Source: a virus | Reading direction: 5' to 3' (one strand) | Virus record (IMG/VR): IMGVR_UViG_3300027907_000002 | Location: 6,752 to 70,751 of that record | Length of the DNA: 64,000 nt | In this document: positions 36,271 through 47,117 of the stretch, one piece after another | Layout of the letters: the number at the start of each line of letters is the position of its first letter | How positions within the stretch are numbered: position 1 is the first letter of the stretch | Notes under the pieces: generated by a model | Databases searched by the model: none | What the model saw: only the letters and a program-made list of their open reading frames with translations | What the model was told of the DNA's origin: nothing | Position numbers and translations under genes: made by a program

Positions 36271-38412
36271 ATGCCAATAACACAAGGGGGCCAATCTCCC
36301 GCAGTCATAACTGGAGCTGGGGCATCCGGAGCCGGTCGTCCCTCTCGCTTCGAGGCTCCCTATCAGTGGGATGGCCAGCGTCCACAAGCCCAGCGAATCC
36401 AGTCCTGGATAACTGAGTGCATCCAAGAAGGAGAATGGTTCCTTCGAGGTCAGCAGGGTTATCAGTTTGTGGATACCTCTTACCGGATACTATCTGACAA
36501 AGGGTTCACCGAGCTTCCGGACACTCTCTCGAAAGCCTCAAAGAACTTCGTCAAACGAGATCTTCGAGAAACCGTTGGACTCTTAGCTAATCCGCGTCCT
36601 CTAGCGTCTTATCTTACCGAGAATGACGCTTACCTAAACCATAACGACATCCTTAACAAAGGGTATCTTCACTGGAACAACGCTTGTTTCTCTGACCGAA
36701 AGCTCCGAAAAGCTCTCCAGTACGCGGGTGAGGAAGGCACTGGTTACTTGATCCAGGAGTGGGACCCATCTTACTGGGAGCCGGGGAACGGGGATGTTCG
36801 AGAGCAGGCCCTGGGAGTAGACGCGGTTTTGCCTATTCAGATCTCTCCGGAGGACTGGGATCTGCAGACTTGCTATGCGGTGGTGATTCGTAGGCAGTTC
36901 CCCGTGTTCCAGGTTCGTCGTAGATTCCCGGTAGCCTCCGATCTAATAGTTCCCGATGGTGACTCTCCTAGTAGGTTCCGCCGCTTCGTCAACAGTATGA
37001 TGGACAAAGTAGTAGCTACTGTCCAAAACACCTATGGCGCGCAGAGGGGCTACCGAGGCGAAGACCCAGCAGGAAAGCATCTCGTTACAGTTTATGACAT
37101 CTACATTCTGGATGGGCAGCGTAATATGGGAGACAAGCCTATCAAGATGGGAGTTCCCAACTCACCTTGGGAATACACAGTTCCCTACTACAAGCAAGAG
37201 ATCCCGATAGGAATGAACGATTCCAGTGGGATGCCTTTCACTCGCCCCGCAGATCTGCACGACTGCTCGATGTTCCCTTATCGTCGTCATATCATAGCTA
37301 CCAAGAACGCCATTTTATATGATGGTCCCTCTCGTTGGTGGCATGGTAAGGTACCTATTGTTAAGTTTGTTCTGGATGACTGGCCGCAGGAGTACTGTGG
37401 AATCCCAGTAACTAAAGAGCCTGCGAAGTTACAGGCTATGCTTACCTCGTTACTGCGCGCCTATGATGACTCAGCGAATGCTAGACTGCGACCAACCCTT
37501 GGCTACGATATGTCTAGGGTCTCGAAAGCTAAAGCCGAGTCCATAGATCCTCGCGTGGGTGGTGGAGTTATTGGATTCCAGAACATGATGGGCGAACCCT
37601 TCAAGATGATGGTCGATCCTCGCTACTACGATCAACCCAATAACATTATGGAGATAATGAAATGGGCTGAGGAGAGTGGCGCTCGTTTGATGGGACTCCA
37701 CGACTTGATAGCGATGTCCAAAGCAGCGCAGATCCCTGGCGCAGACACGATCGAGAAGCTCTCTGAGATGGCTGGGCCTGTCGCCACGGATATGTCCCGT
37801 AATATGGAAGAGGCTCAGAAATTTCGGGCTGAGTTATTTAAGAGTAACTTCTTCGAGTTCTACACTGCCAAGAAGCGCTTTCAGATAATGGGCCGTGATG
37901 GAATAACCCGAGAAGACTTTGACTACGATCCCGCGTCTCTAGTACCAAGTGACATAGATCTCCCAATCATAGGTAGAACCGGAACCCGCAGCGAGAGAGC
38001 TCGTCTCTTTATGCGGAACTTCCACTACTACATAGTTCCCAACTCCATCTACCAGATGACACAAACATCTCGTAGATTGTTGTTACTCCAGCTAGCTAGA
38101 TTTGGTATGCCTATTCCTCCAGAGTACCTAATGGAGAACTTCGATCTTCCCAACCCCAAGAAGATGATCGAAGACTTCTGGAAGTACAAAGCCGAAGAAG
38201 CTATTCATATGACTGAGATTCAGATCCTCGCGCAGAACTTCATGATGGCCAACAGTCCAATGGGCCAAGTGATGGGAGCTATGCAACAAGGGATGAAGGG
38301 TGGAAAGGGAGACTCTAACCCTCAAGGCGAGGGTCGTCCTCCAACGGGTCAGCAAGCCCCGCATATGGAACCGAAAGATGGGGGTACTAGAATGGCTATT
38401 TCAGAATCTTAG
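36271..38412 (+). CDS. portal protein (P22-like)
   Basis: 713 aa after TerL; GTGY, HGKVPIVKF, Q/G/M-rich tail. Confidence 0.85.
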   Translation: MPITQGGQSPAVITGAGASGAGRPSRFEAPYQWDGQRPQAQRIQSWITECIQEGEWFLRGQQGYQFVDTSYRILSDKGFTELPDTLSKASKNFVKRDLRETVGLLANPRPLASYLTENDAYLNHNDILNKGYLHWNNACFSDRKLRKALQYAGEEGTGYLIQEWDPSYWEPGNGDVREQALGVDAVLPIQISPEDWDLQTCYAVVIRRQFPVFQVRRRFPVASDLIVPDGDSPSRFRRFVNSMMDKVVATVQNTYGAQRGYRGEDPAGKHLVTVYDIYILDGQRNMGDKPIKMGVPNSPWEYTVPYYKQEIPIGMNDSSGMPFTRPADLHDCSMFPYRRHIIATKNAILYDGPSRWWHGKVPIVKFVLDDWPQEYCGIPVTKEPAKLQAMLTSLLRAYDDSANARLRPTLGYDMSRVSKAKAESIDPRVGGGVIGFQNMMGEPFKMMVDPRYYDQPNNIMEIMKWAEESGARLMGLHDLIAMSKAAQIPGADTIEKLSEMAGPVATDMSRNMEEAQKFRAELFKSNFFEFYTAKKRFQIMGRDGITREDFDYDPASLVPSDIDLPIIGRTGTRSERARLFMRNFHYYIVPNSIYQMTQTSRRLLLLQLARFGMPIPPEYLMENFDLPNPKKMIEDFWKYKAEEAIHMTEIQILAQNFMMANSPMGQVMGAMQQGMKGGKGDSNPQGEGRPPTGQQAPHMEPKDGGTRMAISES

Positions 38413-38472
38413 CAAGTATGGTAGGATGTCCAAGACTTTTACGAGTCTGAACATTTGACAATGTGGCTAAGT

Positions 38473-38502
38473 AAGGGGAGGTTGGTGCCTCCCCTATTTT
38501 TT
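38473..38502 (+). terminator. intrinsic terminator
   Basis: AGGGGAGG-TTGGTG-CCTCCCCT-ATTTTTT between convergent genes. Confidence 0.75.
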
Positions 38503-38824
38503 ATTTCTTCAACTCTTCTTCCAGCCGAGCGATCTCTGCCTCGACCACCTTACGCTTTTCTTCTTTCGACAAAAGCGAATCTCTTTCCTCTCGAAGCTCT
38601 TCCAACTTTCTCTGCTTCGAATCCATCTGCTTGATCCCGAGATCTCGATCGACTGCATTGATAGCTTCCTGGAACTTTGGGGGTACTTTGTTTCCCTGAA
38701 GCTTGATCTCTCGTTCTACTGCGTGGAAGTAACCCGATGCTAGAATCAGGTCATCTTCCGACGCGCCGGGTCCGTGCTCAATACCCATAAACGACTTTAC
38801 TAAAGTCTTTTCGGTGATATTCAT
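38501..38824 (-). CDS. coiled-coil hypothetical protein (counter-oriented insert)
   Basis: AAGGA RBS before MNITEK. Confidence 0.55.
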   Translation of the reverse strand: MNITEKTLVKSFMGIEHGPGASEDDLILASGYFHAVEREIKLQGNKVPPKFQEAINAVDRDLGIKQMDSKQRKLEELREERDSLLSKEEKRKVVEAEIARLEEELKK

Positions 38825-39152
38825 TTCGTTTTCCTTTGTTGGTGGGTGGAGTTTCGAAATCTTTTCTCTATTTATTTCGGAGGGACCAAACAACATCTGT
38901 CTAGTTCGTTCCTCCATGAACCTATCTACAATGCTTATACTAGCAGATAGGTCACTCAGACTTGGCATCCTTCACCATTCCTTTCTCTTTTAGATATTTA
39001 AAGAACGGAGTAGGGGCTTCTAAATTCTCTCGAAGTATCTCTTGAATCGTCATTCCTTTGTGAGCTTCTTTCCACTTTCGAGAAGCTTCTTCTGCTAGGG
39101 CTTCTTCTTCTGGAGTGAGTGTTCTTCCGAACTCGGAATCATCTGTGGTCAG

Positions 39153-39344
39153 TCAGGCCCAATAACGATCGTGGGCTTTCTCGGCTACTTTTATCCAAGC
39201 TTCCCTCGAAGTATCCGTCAACTGATCCCATTCAAGAGGTGGATTTCTTCCATTCTCTTTAAGCTGTTTTCTAAACTCGTCAAAAAGAATCTTCCCTTCA
39301 TCTTCCCAATCTACTTCGGATGGATAGTAAGTAATCTCGCTCAT
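39153..39344 (-). CDS. hypothetical protein (counter-oriented insert)
   Basis: GGAG RBS; WDQLTDTSREAW motif. Confidence 0.55.
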   Translation of the reverse strand: MSEITYYPSEVDWEDEGKILFDEFRKQLKENGRNPPLEWDQLTDTSREAWIKVAEKAHDRYWA

Positions 39345-39636
39345 AATGCTCCATTTCAAAAGGGCGACCGGACCCACCGACCGCCCTCTTTTTGCCTCGT
39401 ACTAGTTCTCTTGAACTGTCCGGAACATAGCAGAACTTAAAAATCCCTTCAATATATATGTATGTAAGTTGCTTATTAAATCTTCTCAATCTAATAGAGT
39501 GTGTCCTATTGACATAGCTTCATGTGTAGCATTAAAACCCACCTGAGGATAGAAACATATCTCTCGCTCCGTTTTACTGCAACGACTTAGGGGGTCTCTT
39601 TGGAGATCCCTAAAGTCCCAACTCAGGAGATTTGAT

Positions 39637-39984
39637 ATGGCGATGCCGCCTTTACCACCGATGGGTAGCGATGAAATGTCTAGCCCGATGTCCGGAGCAA
39701 TGCCTCCAGCTCCTACTCCTGGAGTAGGCGGGGGTGACCTCGCTTCCCTTCTAGGTGTTGGAGGGGCTCCTCCGCAGATGGGTGGAATGATGGACCCTGT
39801 TCAACAAGCCATGATGCAGTTCGATATGCTGCGTCAGATGGTAATGGACCTAACCCGAACCTTCCCAGGATCGGAACAGGCAGCTTCAGCGGTTCTGGAT
39901 TCCATTGATATGTGGCAGCAACAAGCACTTGTGACAATGACCCCGCCCTCTTCAAGTATGCCTGGGGCGGACCAAATGTTATGA
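39637..39984 (+). CDS. Pro/Met/Gly-rich head-module protein
   Basis: AGGAG RBS; between portal and scaffold. Confidence 0.6.
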   Translation: MAMPPLPPMGSDEMSSPMSGAMPPAPTPGVGGGDLASLLGVGGAPPQMGGMMDPVQQAMMQFDMLRQMVMDLTRTFPGSEQAASAVLDSIDMWQQQALVTMTPPSSSMPGADQML

Positions 39985-40072
39985 GACTAACCTGTAAACC
40001 AACCCCACCAGAGACTCTCGAAGACTTAGCTAGTCAACGGGAATAACTCTAGAGGGAGTCCAAAGGAGTCGA

Positions 40073-41089
40073 ATGGCAAACGAAGCTATTGAAAGAACGG
40101 TCGACGGACTCATCCAAAGCGGAAGAATACCCCGAGATCTTCGAGAAGTTTACATCCGAGATATGGAAGCTGGTCTTAGCGATCATCTCCTTCGCGGATC
40201 TGATTACACCAAGAAAACCCAAGAGCTTGCGGAAGCCCGCAGGCAATTCGACGCGCAGGTAGCGCAAGAGCGGCAGAAGCTAAATGAAAGGCAGCAGAAG
40301 TTGGAAGGATGGTACTCAAACGTGCAGGGAGATCTTCAGGAGTACGATCGTCTAAAAACGACTGCCGCTGCTTACGAGCAGAAGCTTCGAGACTTTAACA
40401 TCTACGACGAAGTTGAGCATCCGAGACAGACTGTCCCGACTCAACGAACGCCTGTAGATCCACGCCAAAATAACATTCCCGACGAGAAGCGCCCGCTCAC
40501 CGTCGAACAAGCTAACCGATTCGCCAACGATATGCTGACTCTTCAGTCGAAGATGTCCAGAATCCAAAACGAGCATTTTGCAGTTTATGGAGCGCCTCTT
40601 CCGGCTGATGAGGATCTCATCGCCCACTTTATGAAGACTGGGGAAGATCCGGAGCACTACTGGCGAGTCAAGTACAACATCGAAGGCAAGAAGCAGGAAT
40701 CCATTCAGCGTCAGCGTCAGGAGTATGAGGACAAGATCCGAGCGGAAGAACGCGCCAAGGTTCTGTCTGAAGTAACTTCTGATCCTAACCGAGTAGTTGG
40801 TGGTCCGATGGTTCTAGGTAGACAGGGTGGGGTATCTCCACTTCTGGAAGCTTATGCTCAGTCGAAGGCTACTCAGCATGCTCAGAATGGAGCTAATCAG
40901 GATCTGGCTACAGGTACCGTTCCCAAAGAGCGGGTTAATCCTGAGCAGATCTCGGAGATCCCTGCAGCTCTTGATCGTATCAACAGCGCCGCAAATAAAT
41001 TCAAGCAGATGTTCTCCGACGATGGTAATCCCATCAGTGATGAGGGCAAGGCCGCGTTCCGGAAACATTTTGTATCTGATGTCTATTAA
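40073..41089 (+). CDS. capsid scaffolding protein
   Basis: LRGSDYTKKTQELAE motif, coiled coil, directly before the MCP. Confidence 0.8.
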   Translation: MANEAIERTVDGLIQSGRIPRDLREVYIRDMEAGLSDHLLRGSDYTKKTQELAEARRQFDAQVAQERQKLNERQQKLEGWYSNVQGDLQEYDRLKTTAAAYEQKLRDFNIYDEVEHPRQTVPTQRTPVDPRQNNIPDEKRPLTVEQANRFANDMLTLQSKMSRIQNEHFAVYGAPLPADEDLIAHFMKTGEDPEHYWRVKYNIEGKKQESIQRQRQEYEDKIRAEERAKVLSEVTSDPNRVVGGPMVLGRQGGVSPLLEAYAQSKATQHAQNGANQDLATGTVPKERVNPEQISEIPAALDRINSAANKFKQMFSDDGNPISDEGKAAFRKHFVSDVY

Positions 41090-41130
41090 CTCCGTGCTAT
41101 TAGGCGCGGTATAACAAAGGAGTAAGTGAA

Positions 41131-42276
41131 ATGGCTGATCCTATTGTGACAGCTCTTACCGCCGTGACAAAGGAGGAAATCTGGCCTCGCCAGATCACTG
41201 ACTCCTTCTTCCGCGCGATACCATTCTTCTCTTTCTTGAGGGATAAAGCGCTGGTCACCTTCTCAGGTATGACCTATATGCAGTATCCCTACCTCTTTAA
41301 GCCGATGATCGGCGGCGCTTACGCTGTGGGTCAGGCTTTCAACATCGACAAGCAGGACACTCTCGCGGCGCTGCAGTTCCGTGAGAAGTACTACGAAGTC
41401 AACGTTACCGAGTTCAAAGAGGAAATCCAGGTTCGTAACAAGGGTGCGAACGCGGTCTTCTCGATGCTCGATGCTGACCTTCGTAACGCGATGATGACTC
41501 TTACTACTATCATCGCTATCGCTGCTTGGCGTCACGGTCAGTCCCTGGCGGCTGATGACCGATCGCTGGAAATCAACGGTCTGTCTGAAGCCCTCAATGA
41601 CGGTATCCTGCCTTCGTGGGATGGTAACATCTTCACCAGCTATGGTAACCAAGCCCGTAACGGTAACATCGGCGCGGCTTTGAATAGCTCCCCGTATTGG
41701 ATCGGCCAAGCTACGGGAGCCGCTGGTAAGATCACCTACGAGAAGATGGAGGATATGTACCAGATCGCTTCCCAGGGCAACTTGGCTCCGGACCTCGGTG
41801 TCACTTCGAAGCGTGGTATGACCCTCATCAAGAACACGATGCAGTCGGCTCAGAGGTTCCAGCAAGAAACAGATCCTCGATACGGTTTCGAGGGTATGGT
41901 TCTCAACAAGGCTCGTATCACCAAGGACGACTATGCTCCTTCGGCGGCTCCGTCGTCCGGTGGTAACGGTTCGTCCGATCCGATCCTTGGGAACTGGCAG
42001 ACAGGTACAATCGCTTACACGGACCCAGGCGCTGCGACTCGCGGTACCTTCCCGGCAGCGAACGTTACTCTCACCGTTGCAGAGGTTCTCTGGTTGCTGA
42101 ACACCGATACTTGGATCTTGAGGATCTCGGATGATCCGGAGTTCCAGTTCGGTTGGACAGGCTTCAAGCCCGGTCAGGACAATACCCGCGTGTCGGGTCA
42201 GGCCCTGGCTGCGGTGAACCTTGAGACTCCTGCTGCGAACCGCCTCAACATTCACGGCTACGGTTTCAATAGCTAA
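41131..42276 (+). CDS. major capsid protein
   Basis: 381 aa after the scaffold; strongly biased codons; INGLSEAL...PDLGVT...GFEG...LLNT. Confidence 0.88.
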   Translation: MADPIVTALTAVTKEEIWPRQITDSFFRAIPFFSFLRDKALVTFSGMTYMQYPYLFKPMIGGAYAVGQAFNIDKQDTLAALQFREKYYEVNVTEFKEEIQVRNKGANAVFSMLDADLRNAMMTLTTIIAIAAWRHGQSLAADDRSLEINGLSEALNDGILPSWDGNIFTSYGNQARNGNIGAALNSSPYWIGQATGAAGKITYEKMEDMYQIASQGNLAPDLGVTSKRGMTLIKNTMQSAQRFQQETDPRYGFEGMVLNKARITKDDYAPSAAPSSGGNGSSDPILGNWQTGTIAYTDPGAATRGTFPAANVTLTVAEVLWLLNTDTWILRISDDPEFQFGWTGFKPGQDNTRVSGQALAAVNLETPAANRLNIHGYGFNS

Positions 42277-42364
42277 TCACTGCAAGGGGGATAGCGGCTA
42301 CGGCTGGGGCAATCGTATCACTGCCCCTCCCCCTTCTACTCTACTTATACGAAAGGATACCTAA

Positions 42365-43000
42365 ATGTTTCGTAGATCTACTAACAACCCTTGGGTTCCG
42401 CCAGGGGGACTTAACTCGACTTACTTTGGGACCATCGGCGGCGCTGATGCCGGTTCGTTGGATAACAGGTTTCCTGGTCTTCTGGGCGCCACAGTTGTCC
42501 ACGATAACGCTTCGGCTCTCAAGGCTTCCAAAACCACCGTGGGCACCTTGTTTATGGGGGTCTACCAGCTAGTGAAGTTTACTTCGGCTATCGTCCGAGG
42601 TCAGCTTGTCTTCTGGGATACTCTCGCCAACAACGGTTTGGCTGACTACGAAGTAACCAGCACTTCGACTGCGGCTACCTGCTTTCGAGCGGGAGTTGCC
42701 CTTCTTACTGACGCTGCGGCTTCTGGTAAGTTCGGCTACATCCAGATCGCTGGGTTGGCCAACATCCAGTTCGCTAACGCTGCGGTTGGTACGATCGGTC
42801 TCGGGGTTATCCAAGCTACTGCGGTCAACGTCGGGTTGCTGACGGTCAACACGGTCAACACGATCGCTGACGCCACGGCCATCACGGCGGCTGAAAAGCG
42901 TGCTTGGGTCGGTACGGCTTATGAGACCCCGACGCAGAACGTCATCTCTCGTGTTTTGATGGGCCTTGATGGGTTCTATCCGAACATCGGAAGGGGGTAA
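42365..43000 (+). CDS. capsid cement/decoration protein
   Basis: YQLVKF...GKFGYIQIAG, directly after the MCP. Confidence 0.65.
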   Translation: MFRRSTNNPWVPPGGLNSTYFGTIGGADAGSLDNRFPGLLGATVVHDNASALKASKTTVGTLFMGVYQLVKFTSAIVRGQLVFWDTLANNGLADYEVTSTSTAATCFRAGVALLTDAAASGKFGYIQIAGLANIQFANAAVGTIGLGVIQATAVNVGLLTVNTVNTIADATAITAAEKRAWVGTAYETPTQNVISRVLMGLDGFYPNIGRG

Positions 43001-43003
43001 TCA

Positions 43004-43345
43004 ATGGCTGCTATTATCACGGTCGTAAAGGGTACGGAGATGGTAACAGGTCGTACCCGTGAGGCTCTCTACGATATAACCTTCGACGCTGCTTACACGA
43101 CTACGGGTGTGGCTCTGGACCCAGACTCGGCGGGCTTTGTGGGGCAGATCTTTGGATTTCACTTTGTAGGAGTAGCTACGGTGGCGGGCACCGCTCCAAC
43201 TAACCTTCCGGTTCCATCGTTTGATTTCAAGAATCAGAAGCTTATGTTGTTCGGTACTGCTGGCGGCGCTACAGGTCTCACTGAAATCGCCAACGCCACA
43301 GCTCTTGCTACTGTGGTTATCAGGGCAAGACTGATCGGCTTCTAG
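43004..43345 (+). CDS. virion structural protein
   Basis: FDAAYTTTG...TEIANATAL beta-rich pattern. Confidence 0.6.
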   Translation: MAAIITVVKGTEMVTGRTREALYDITFDAAYTTTGVALDPDSAGFVGQIFGFHFVGVATVAGTAPTNLPVPSFDFKNQKLMLFGTAGGATGLTEIANATALATVVIRARLIGF

Positions 43346-43366
43346 TAACGAGGGGGATCGGACTCT

Positions 43367-44587
43367 ATGTCGAACTTTTTGATTTATTCGAACAAGCTGC
43401 GGCAGTGGGTCCGATCTCTGTCTCCGGAACAAGCTCAAGATTTTATCAATGATGCTTGGAGAGATATTCGAGAAGCTTATGATCAGTGGAGCTTCTTGGA
43501 AGCCGAGGAATATTGGCTTGCTCCTGCTGCACTAACTCTCACAGGACTAGGTGTTACTCAATTCGGGTTCAATGTTACTCTGAGTCACAGCGCTCTGTTA
43601 CAGATAGCTGGACTCAATAACCCTCCTATCACTCAGCGCCAGATCAAGCTTGGAGTGCAGGGAGGTCCTATCTATGAGATAGCTTCTACGGATGCAGTTC
43701 AGGTGTCTGGTGGGGCTATCAACAGCGCGGCTACTCTATTAACTGTGGCTTCGGCTCCCTTTACTGTTGCCGATGTCAACAAGAAGATAATCATAGCGGG
43801 AGCGGGTGTAGGTGGAGCGAATCTCGAAACAACCATAGCTTCTTTTGTTAGTCCTACTCAAATCAACACTGCGCTGGCGGCTTCGACTACGGTCCTAAGC
43901 GCAACTGTGAGTTATGGTTCGATAATAACCCTGGGCAGGATGTTCGCAGAGACCACCACTAGCAGTACAACTGGTCTCCTTTACCGAATCTACTACTCCC
44001 CCTTAACAACGGACTTCAGAAGACTCGACCACATAACAGATGTCATCACGGGGTATCCCTTTGGTTTTCTGGGAGAGATCGAACCTGTTGGTACTCTCGA
44101 CCAGATGGACCCTTGGAGATCCGCAGTTACTGAACCTTATCGAATCTTCTTTCATCACTACGACCAGACCACGAAGCTCCCAGTGTGGGAACTCTGGCCC
44201 GGTCCAACGGTCCAACGCGCTTATAAAGTAACTTTTATGCGCCAAGGTCAAGCGTTCTCAGCTAGAACAGACAGCCTTCCGCCAACCCTAACTGAAGAGC
44301 TGCTTCTAGTTAGAGCTAGATGGTTGGCTTATGAGTGGGCAGCGGCGAATGATCCGGACCCGAAAAACAAAGCGCAGTACTCGGGCCTTATGCAAACTAC
44401 AAAAGCGCGCTATAGTACTCAGGGCCAACCAGGGCGCGAGCTAGGTCTACTTGATCAAGCGATCAAGAACGACGAGGACATATCGACTCTTCAGGGCAAA
44501 AGGCGTCCTCCTCGATCAGGTCCTGGTTGGCCTGTTGACAGCAACTTCCTTCAAAGCCACGCCTTCCCAGGTTGGTGGAGGGGATAA
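43367..44587 (+). CDS. head-tail adaptor/tail tubular-like protein with beta insertion
   Basis: FINDAWRDI...WSFL...ELWPGP pattern. Confidence 0.6.
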   Translation: MSNFLIYSNKLRQWVRSLSPEQAQDFINDAWRDIREAYDQWSFLEAEEYWLAPAALTLTGLGVTQFGFNVTLSHSALLQIAGLNNPPITQRQIKLGVQGGPIYEIASTDAVQVSGGAINSAATLLTVASAPFTVADVNKKIIIAGAGVGGANLETTIASFVSPTQINTALAASTTVLSATVSYGSIITLGRMFAETTTSSTTGLLYRIYYSPLTTDFRRLDHITDVITGYPFGFLGEIEPVGTLDQMDPWRSAVTEPYRIFFHHYDQTTKLPVWELWPGPTVQRAYKVTFMRQGQAFSARTDSLPPTLTEELLLVRARWLAYEWAAANDPDPKNKAQYSGLMQTTKARYSTQGQPGRELGLLDQAIKNDEDISTLQGKRRPPRSGPGWPVDSNFLQSHAFPGWWRG

Positions 44588-44602
44588 CCAAAGGAGAATT
44601 TT

Positions 44603-45007
44603 ATGCCTGACAAACAGGGTTATGGTTACGAAGGTATGGTCGACCAAAACGACCGCGCTGGTTATGGCGACAAACAGGGCGCTATTGCTTCCCCTCAAGG
44701 TCCTTGCGGTTATTCGATCTCGCAAGGCGGGGGTATGGGACAGAAAGGTGGAGAACCTTCAGGCCCGTTTGGATCGCACAAACAAACCGGGAGTCAGCTC
44801 CCTATCACGACTCGGGACGGTATGCAGGGTGCTCCTCAAGGAGAAGCTCTTGGAGTGGGTACTGGGGGTGGAATCTCTACTCCTATGGACAACTCGAAGT
44901 CTGCAATGCCTGGAGTGACTGGTTCTAGTGGTACTGGGCCGATCAGTGGGGGTGGAGCGAAAATCTCTTCCCCTTGGGTTGGTCCCTGGGGCGATATGGT
45001 CGGCTAA
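44603..45007 (+). CDS. Gly-rich low-complexity protein
   Basis: AAGGAG RBS. Confidence 0.6.
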   Translation: MPDKQGYGYEGMVDQNDRAGYGDKQGAIASPQGPCGYSISQGGGMGQKGGEPSGPFGSHKQTGSQLPITTRDGMQGAPQGEALGVGTGGGISTPMDNSKSAMPGVTGSSGTGPISGGGAKISSPWVGPWGDMVG

Positions 45008-45018
45008 GGAGGTGATCT

Positions 45019-46824
45019 GTGGCTAGGGGGTCTCTCAGAGGCTTTGTTGAACAGGGTGGAAATACGGTCGTAACAGATGGTAGGACTTCTACTACTTTTG
45101 TACAGGAGTCTTTTCCTTCTGCTACTGTTACGGTATTTAACGCAGGTACGGTCGTCCTGTCGACTATCTTTTCTGACTCTATAGGGACCCCAAAGGCCAA
45201 TCCCTTCGTAGCCGACTCGGATGGGGAGTGGGATTTCTGGGCAGTGTCTGGATCATACGATGTCCAGTTCAGCGGCCAGGGAATCACTACTCCTTTTACG
45301 TTGTTTGGGTTCTTTATTCCAGATCCCGCTATAACTGCTCCGCTGCCAGATCCAGGATCGAATGGCTATATAGTTCGAACTGGACTTCAAGCTACGGTTG
45401 CTAGGACTCTTACTGGAACTGCAAACGAGATCACCGTAAGTAATGGAACCGGCGTAGCGGGTAACTCGGTGTTTTCGCTTCCAGCAGCTCTTACCTTCAC
45501 AGGTAAGACTGTAACTGGGGGAGCTTTCTCCGCTCCCGCGATAACTGGTGGAAGCCACATCGAGCTGACTGCTTTTAGTCTGAGGTCTACTGGCGCAGCT
45601 TTTGATACTGTTCTAGCTGTGAGTGAGGTACTAACAGCAGATAGAACCCTTACCATAACTCTTAATGACGCCAATAGAACTATCAACCTAGCGGGTAACT
45701 TAACTCTAGCGAATGCCTTTGTTACTGCGGGTAACTTCTCACTTACTCTGACCCAGACTGGAGCTACTAACGTTACTCTTCCAACTACTGGAACGTTAGC
45801 TACTCTCGCGGGCGTAGAGACCTTTACCAACAAGACCATAACTAATGGCAAGTTCAACGATATTCTCGATACCAACGGGAATATGATCTTGAGACTCTCC
45901 ACTACAGCCCTAGCAGTCAATAGTGTGAGGGTCATAAATAACATAGCTGGCCAAGGGGTAACCGTTGACGCCTTTGGTAGTGACGCCAACATCCAGATGA
46001 ATCTCGCGGGGAAGGGAACCGGAGCCGTTGTTATTACAAGTAACACTGGCACGGAGAGATTCACTCTGCACGGGTCGGCTGCTGAGATATATCTAGGAGA
46101 TGGAATCACAAGCGCCACTCCAGATAACTTTACGATTCAGGGAACAGGCGGAAGTGGAGCTAACATAGCTGGGGCCCATCTGGAGTTATCAGGTGGAAAG
46201 GGAACTGGTACTGGTAATGGGGGACAGATTGCGGTTAGGTATCCCCGGCGAACTGGCGCAGGCTCAACCCTTCAAAATCTAAGCACAGAGAGATTCCCGA
46301 TCACCACTAATCTCTATACGAACACAGTATCCGGTACCAGCGTAGCTAACACCGTAACGGAGACTTCAGTATTTACAGGAGCCACTGGAGCTGCAGGATC
46401 AACCCTAACTCTTGAATCTGGGGTGACTGCTCCAGGAACCATGTACAGACTGTATATGGATTTTGGATACTCCACCACTGGAACCCCAACTCTTCGACTG
46501 AGAATCAAACTCGGGGCTATCTCGATCGGAGACACTACAGCTTTTAATGCTACGACTGGAACAGCTAACGGAAGAGCTTTCTTATATGCTAATATATTCG
46601 TTGATTCCGTGGGAGCTGCAGCCAGCATAAGAGTCGAACTTGAAGGTAAGTTGATTCCCGCTGCAGCCGGTACCGCCGCTGTCACGGCTTTTGTTGGAAG
46701 TCTCGGAGCGGTTGCCATAGACCTAACTGCTAATCAGACTCTCGATGTCACGGCTCAGTGGGGCACTGCTTCCGCTTCTAACGTTATAGGGATGATCCAC
46801 ACAAGTTTAGAGAGAGTCCGATAA
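45019..46824 (+). CDS. tail fibre/spike-like protein
   Basis: ANPFVADSDG N-domain, LTLPTTGTLATLAG...FTNKT repeat, T/G-rich; TAAGGAGGT RBS. Confidence 0.7.
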   Translation: MARGSLRGFVEQGGNTVVTDGRTSTTFVQESFPSATVTVFNAGTVVLSTIFSDSIGTPKANPFVADSDGEWDFWAVSGSYDVQFSGQGITTPFTLFGFFIPDPAITAPLPDPGSNGYIVRTGLQATVARTLTGTANEITVSNGTGVAGNSVFSLPAALTFTGKTVTGGAFSAPAITGGSHIELTAFSLRSTGAAFDTVLAVSEVLTADRTLTITLNDANRTINLAGNLTLANAFVTAGNFSLTLTQTGATNVTLPTTGTLATLAGVETFTNKTITNGKFNDILDTNGNMILRLSTTALAVNSVRVINNIAGQGVTVDAFGSDANIQMNLAGKGTGAVVITSNTGTERFTLHGSAAEIYLGDGITSATPDNFTIQGTGGSGANIAGAHLELSGGKGTGTGNGGQIAVRYPRRTGAGSTLQNLSTERFPITTNLYTNTVSGTSVANTVTETSVFTGATGAAGSTLTLESGVTAPGTMYRLYMDFGYSTTGTPTLRLRIKLGAISIGDTTAFNATTGTANGRAFLYANIFVDSVGAAASIRVELEGKLIPAAAGTAAVTAFVGSLGAVAIDLTANQTLDVTAQWGTASASNVIGMIHTSLERVR

Positions 46825-46853
46825 CAATCTTTCTCCCCCCAAAGGAGAAATAT

Positions 46854-47117
46854 ATGGGGACAAAAGTGCTAGTTCAGCAAGACACAGATACAACTCTGTG
46901 GGGAGGGGTCGCAATGATTATGGTATTAGCCTCCTCAGATGTCTTTATGCAAGCGGCAATCGGGATTCTGTTTCCGGTCATAGGCTGGACTCTGCTATAT
47001 TTCATAAAGAGGGAAGTCACTTATAGGTGGCCTCCCAAAATGCCTGAAGACCTATTTAAGCAGTTGCTGGAGAAATACTCGGAAGAAAGAGATAAATCCA
47101 AAAAGGAGCTACAATGA
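46854..47117 (+). CDS. two-TM membrane protein (holin candidate)
   Basis: Two hydrophobic helices and a charged C-terminus. Confidence 0.45.
   Translation: MGTKVLVQQDTDTTLWGGVAMIMVLASSDVFMQAAIGILFPVIGWTLLYFIKREVTYRWPPKMPEDLFKQLLEKYSEERDKSKKELQ

Noticed and set aside
39509-39540. TTGACA promoter for head genes
   Set aside because: Perfect -35, but the -10 candidates (TTAAAA, TAAAAC) are poor
41263-42255. 330-aa antisense ORF
   Set aside because: Shadow of the codon-biased major capsid gene; no RBS or motifs
45387-46718. Antisense ORFs of 243 and 134 aa
   Set aside because: Shadows of the Thr/Gly-rich tail fibre gene
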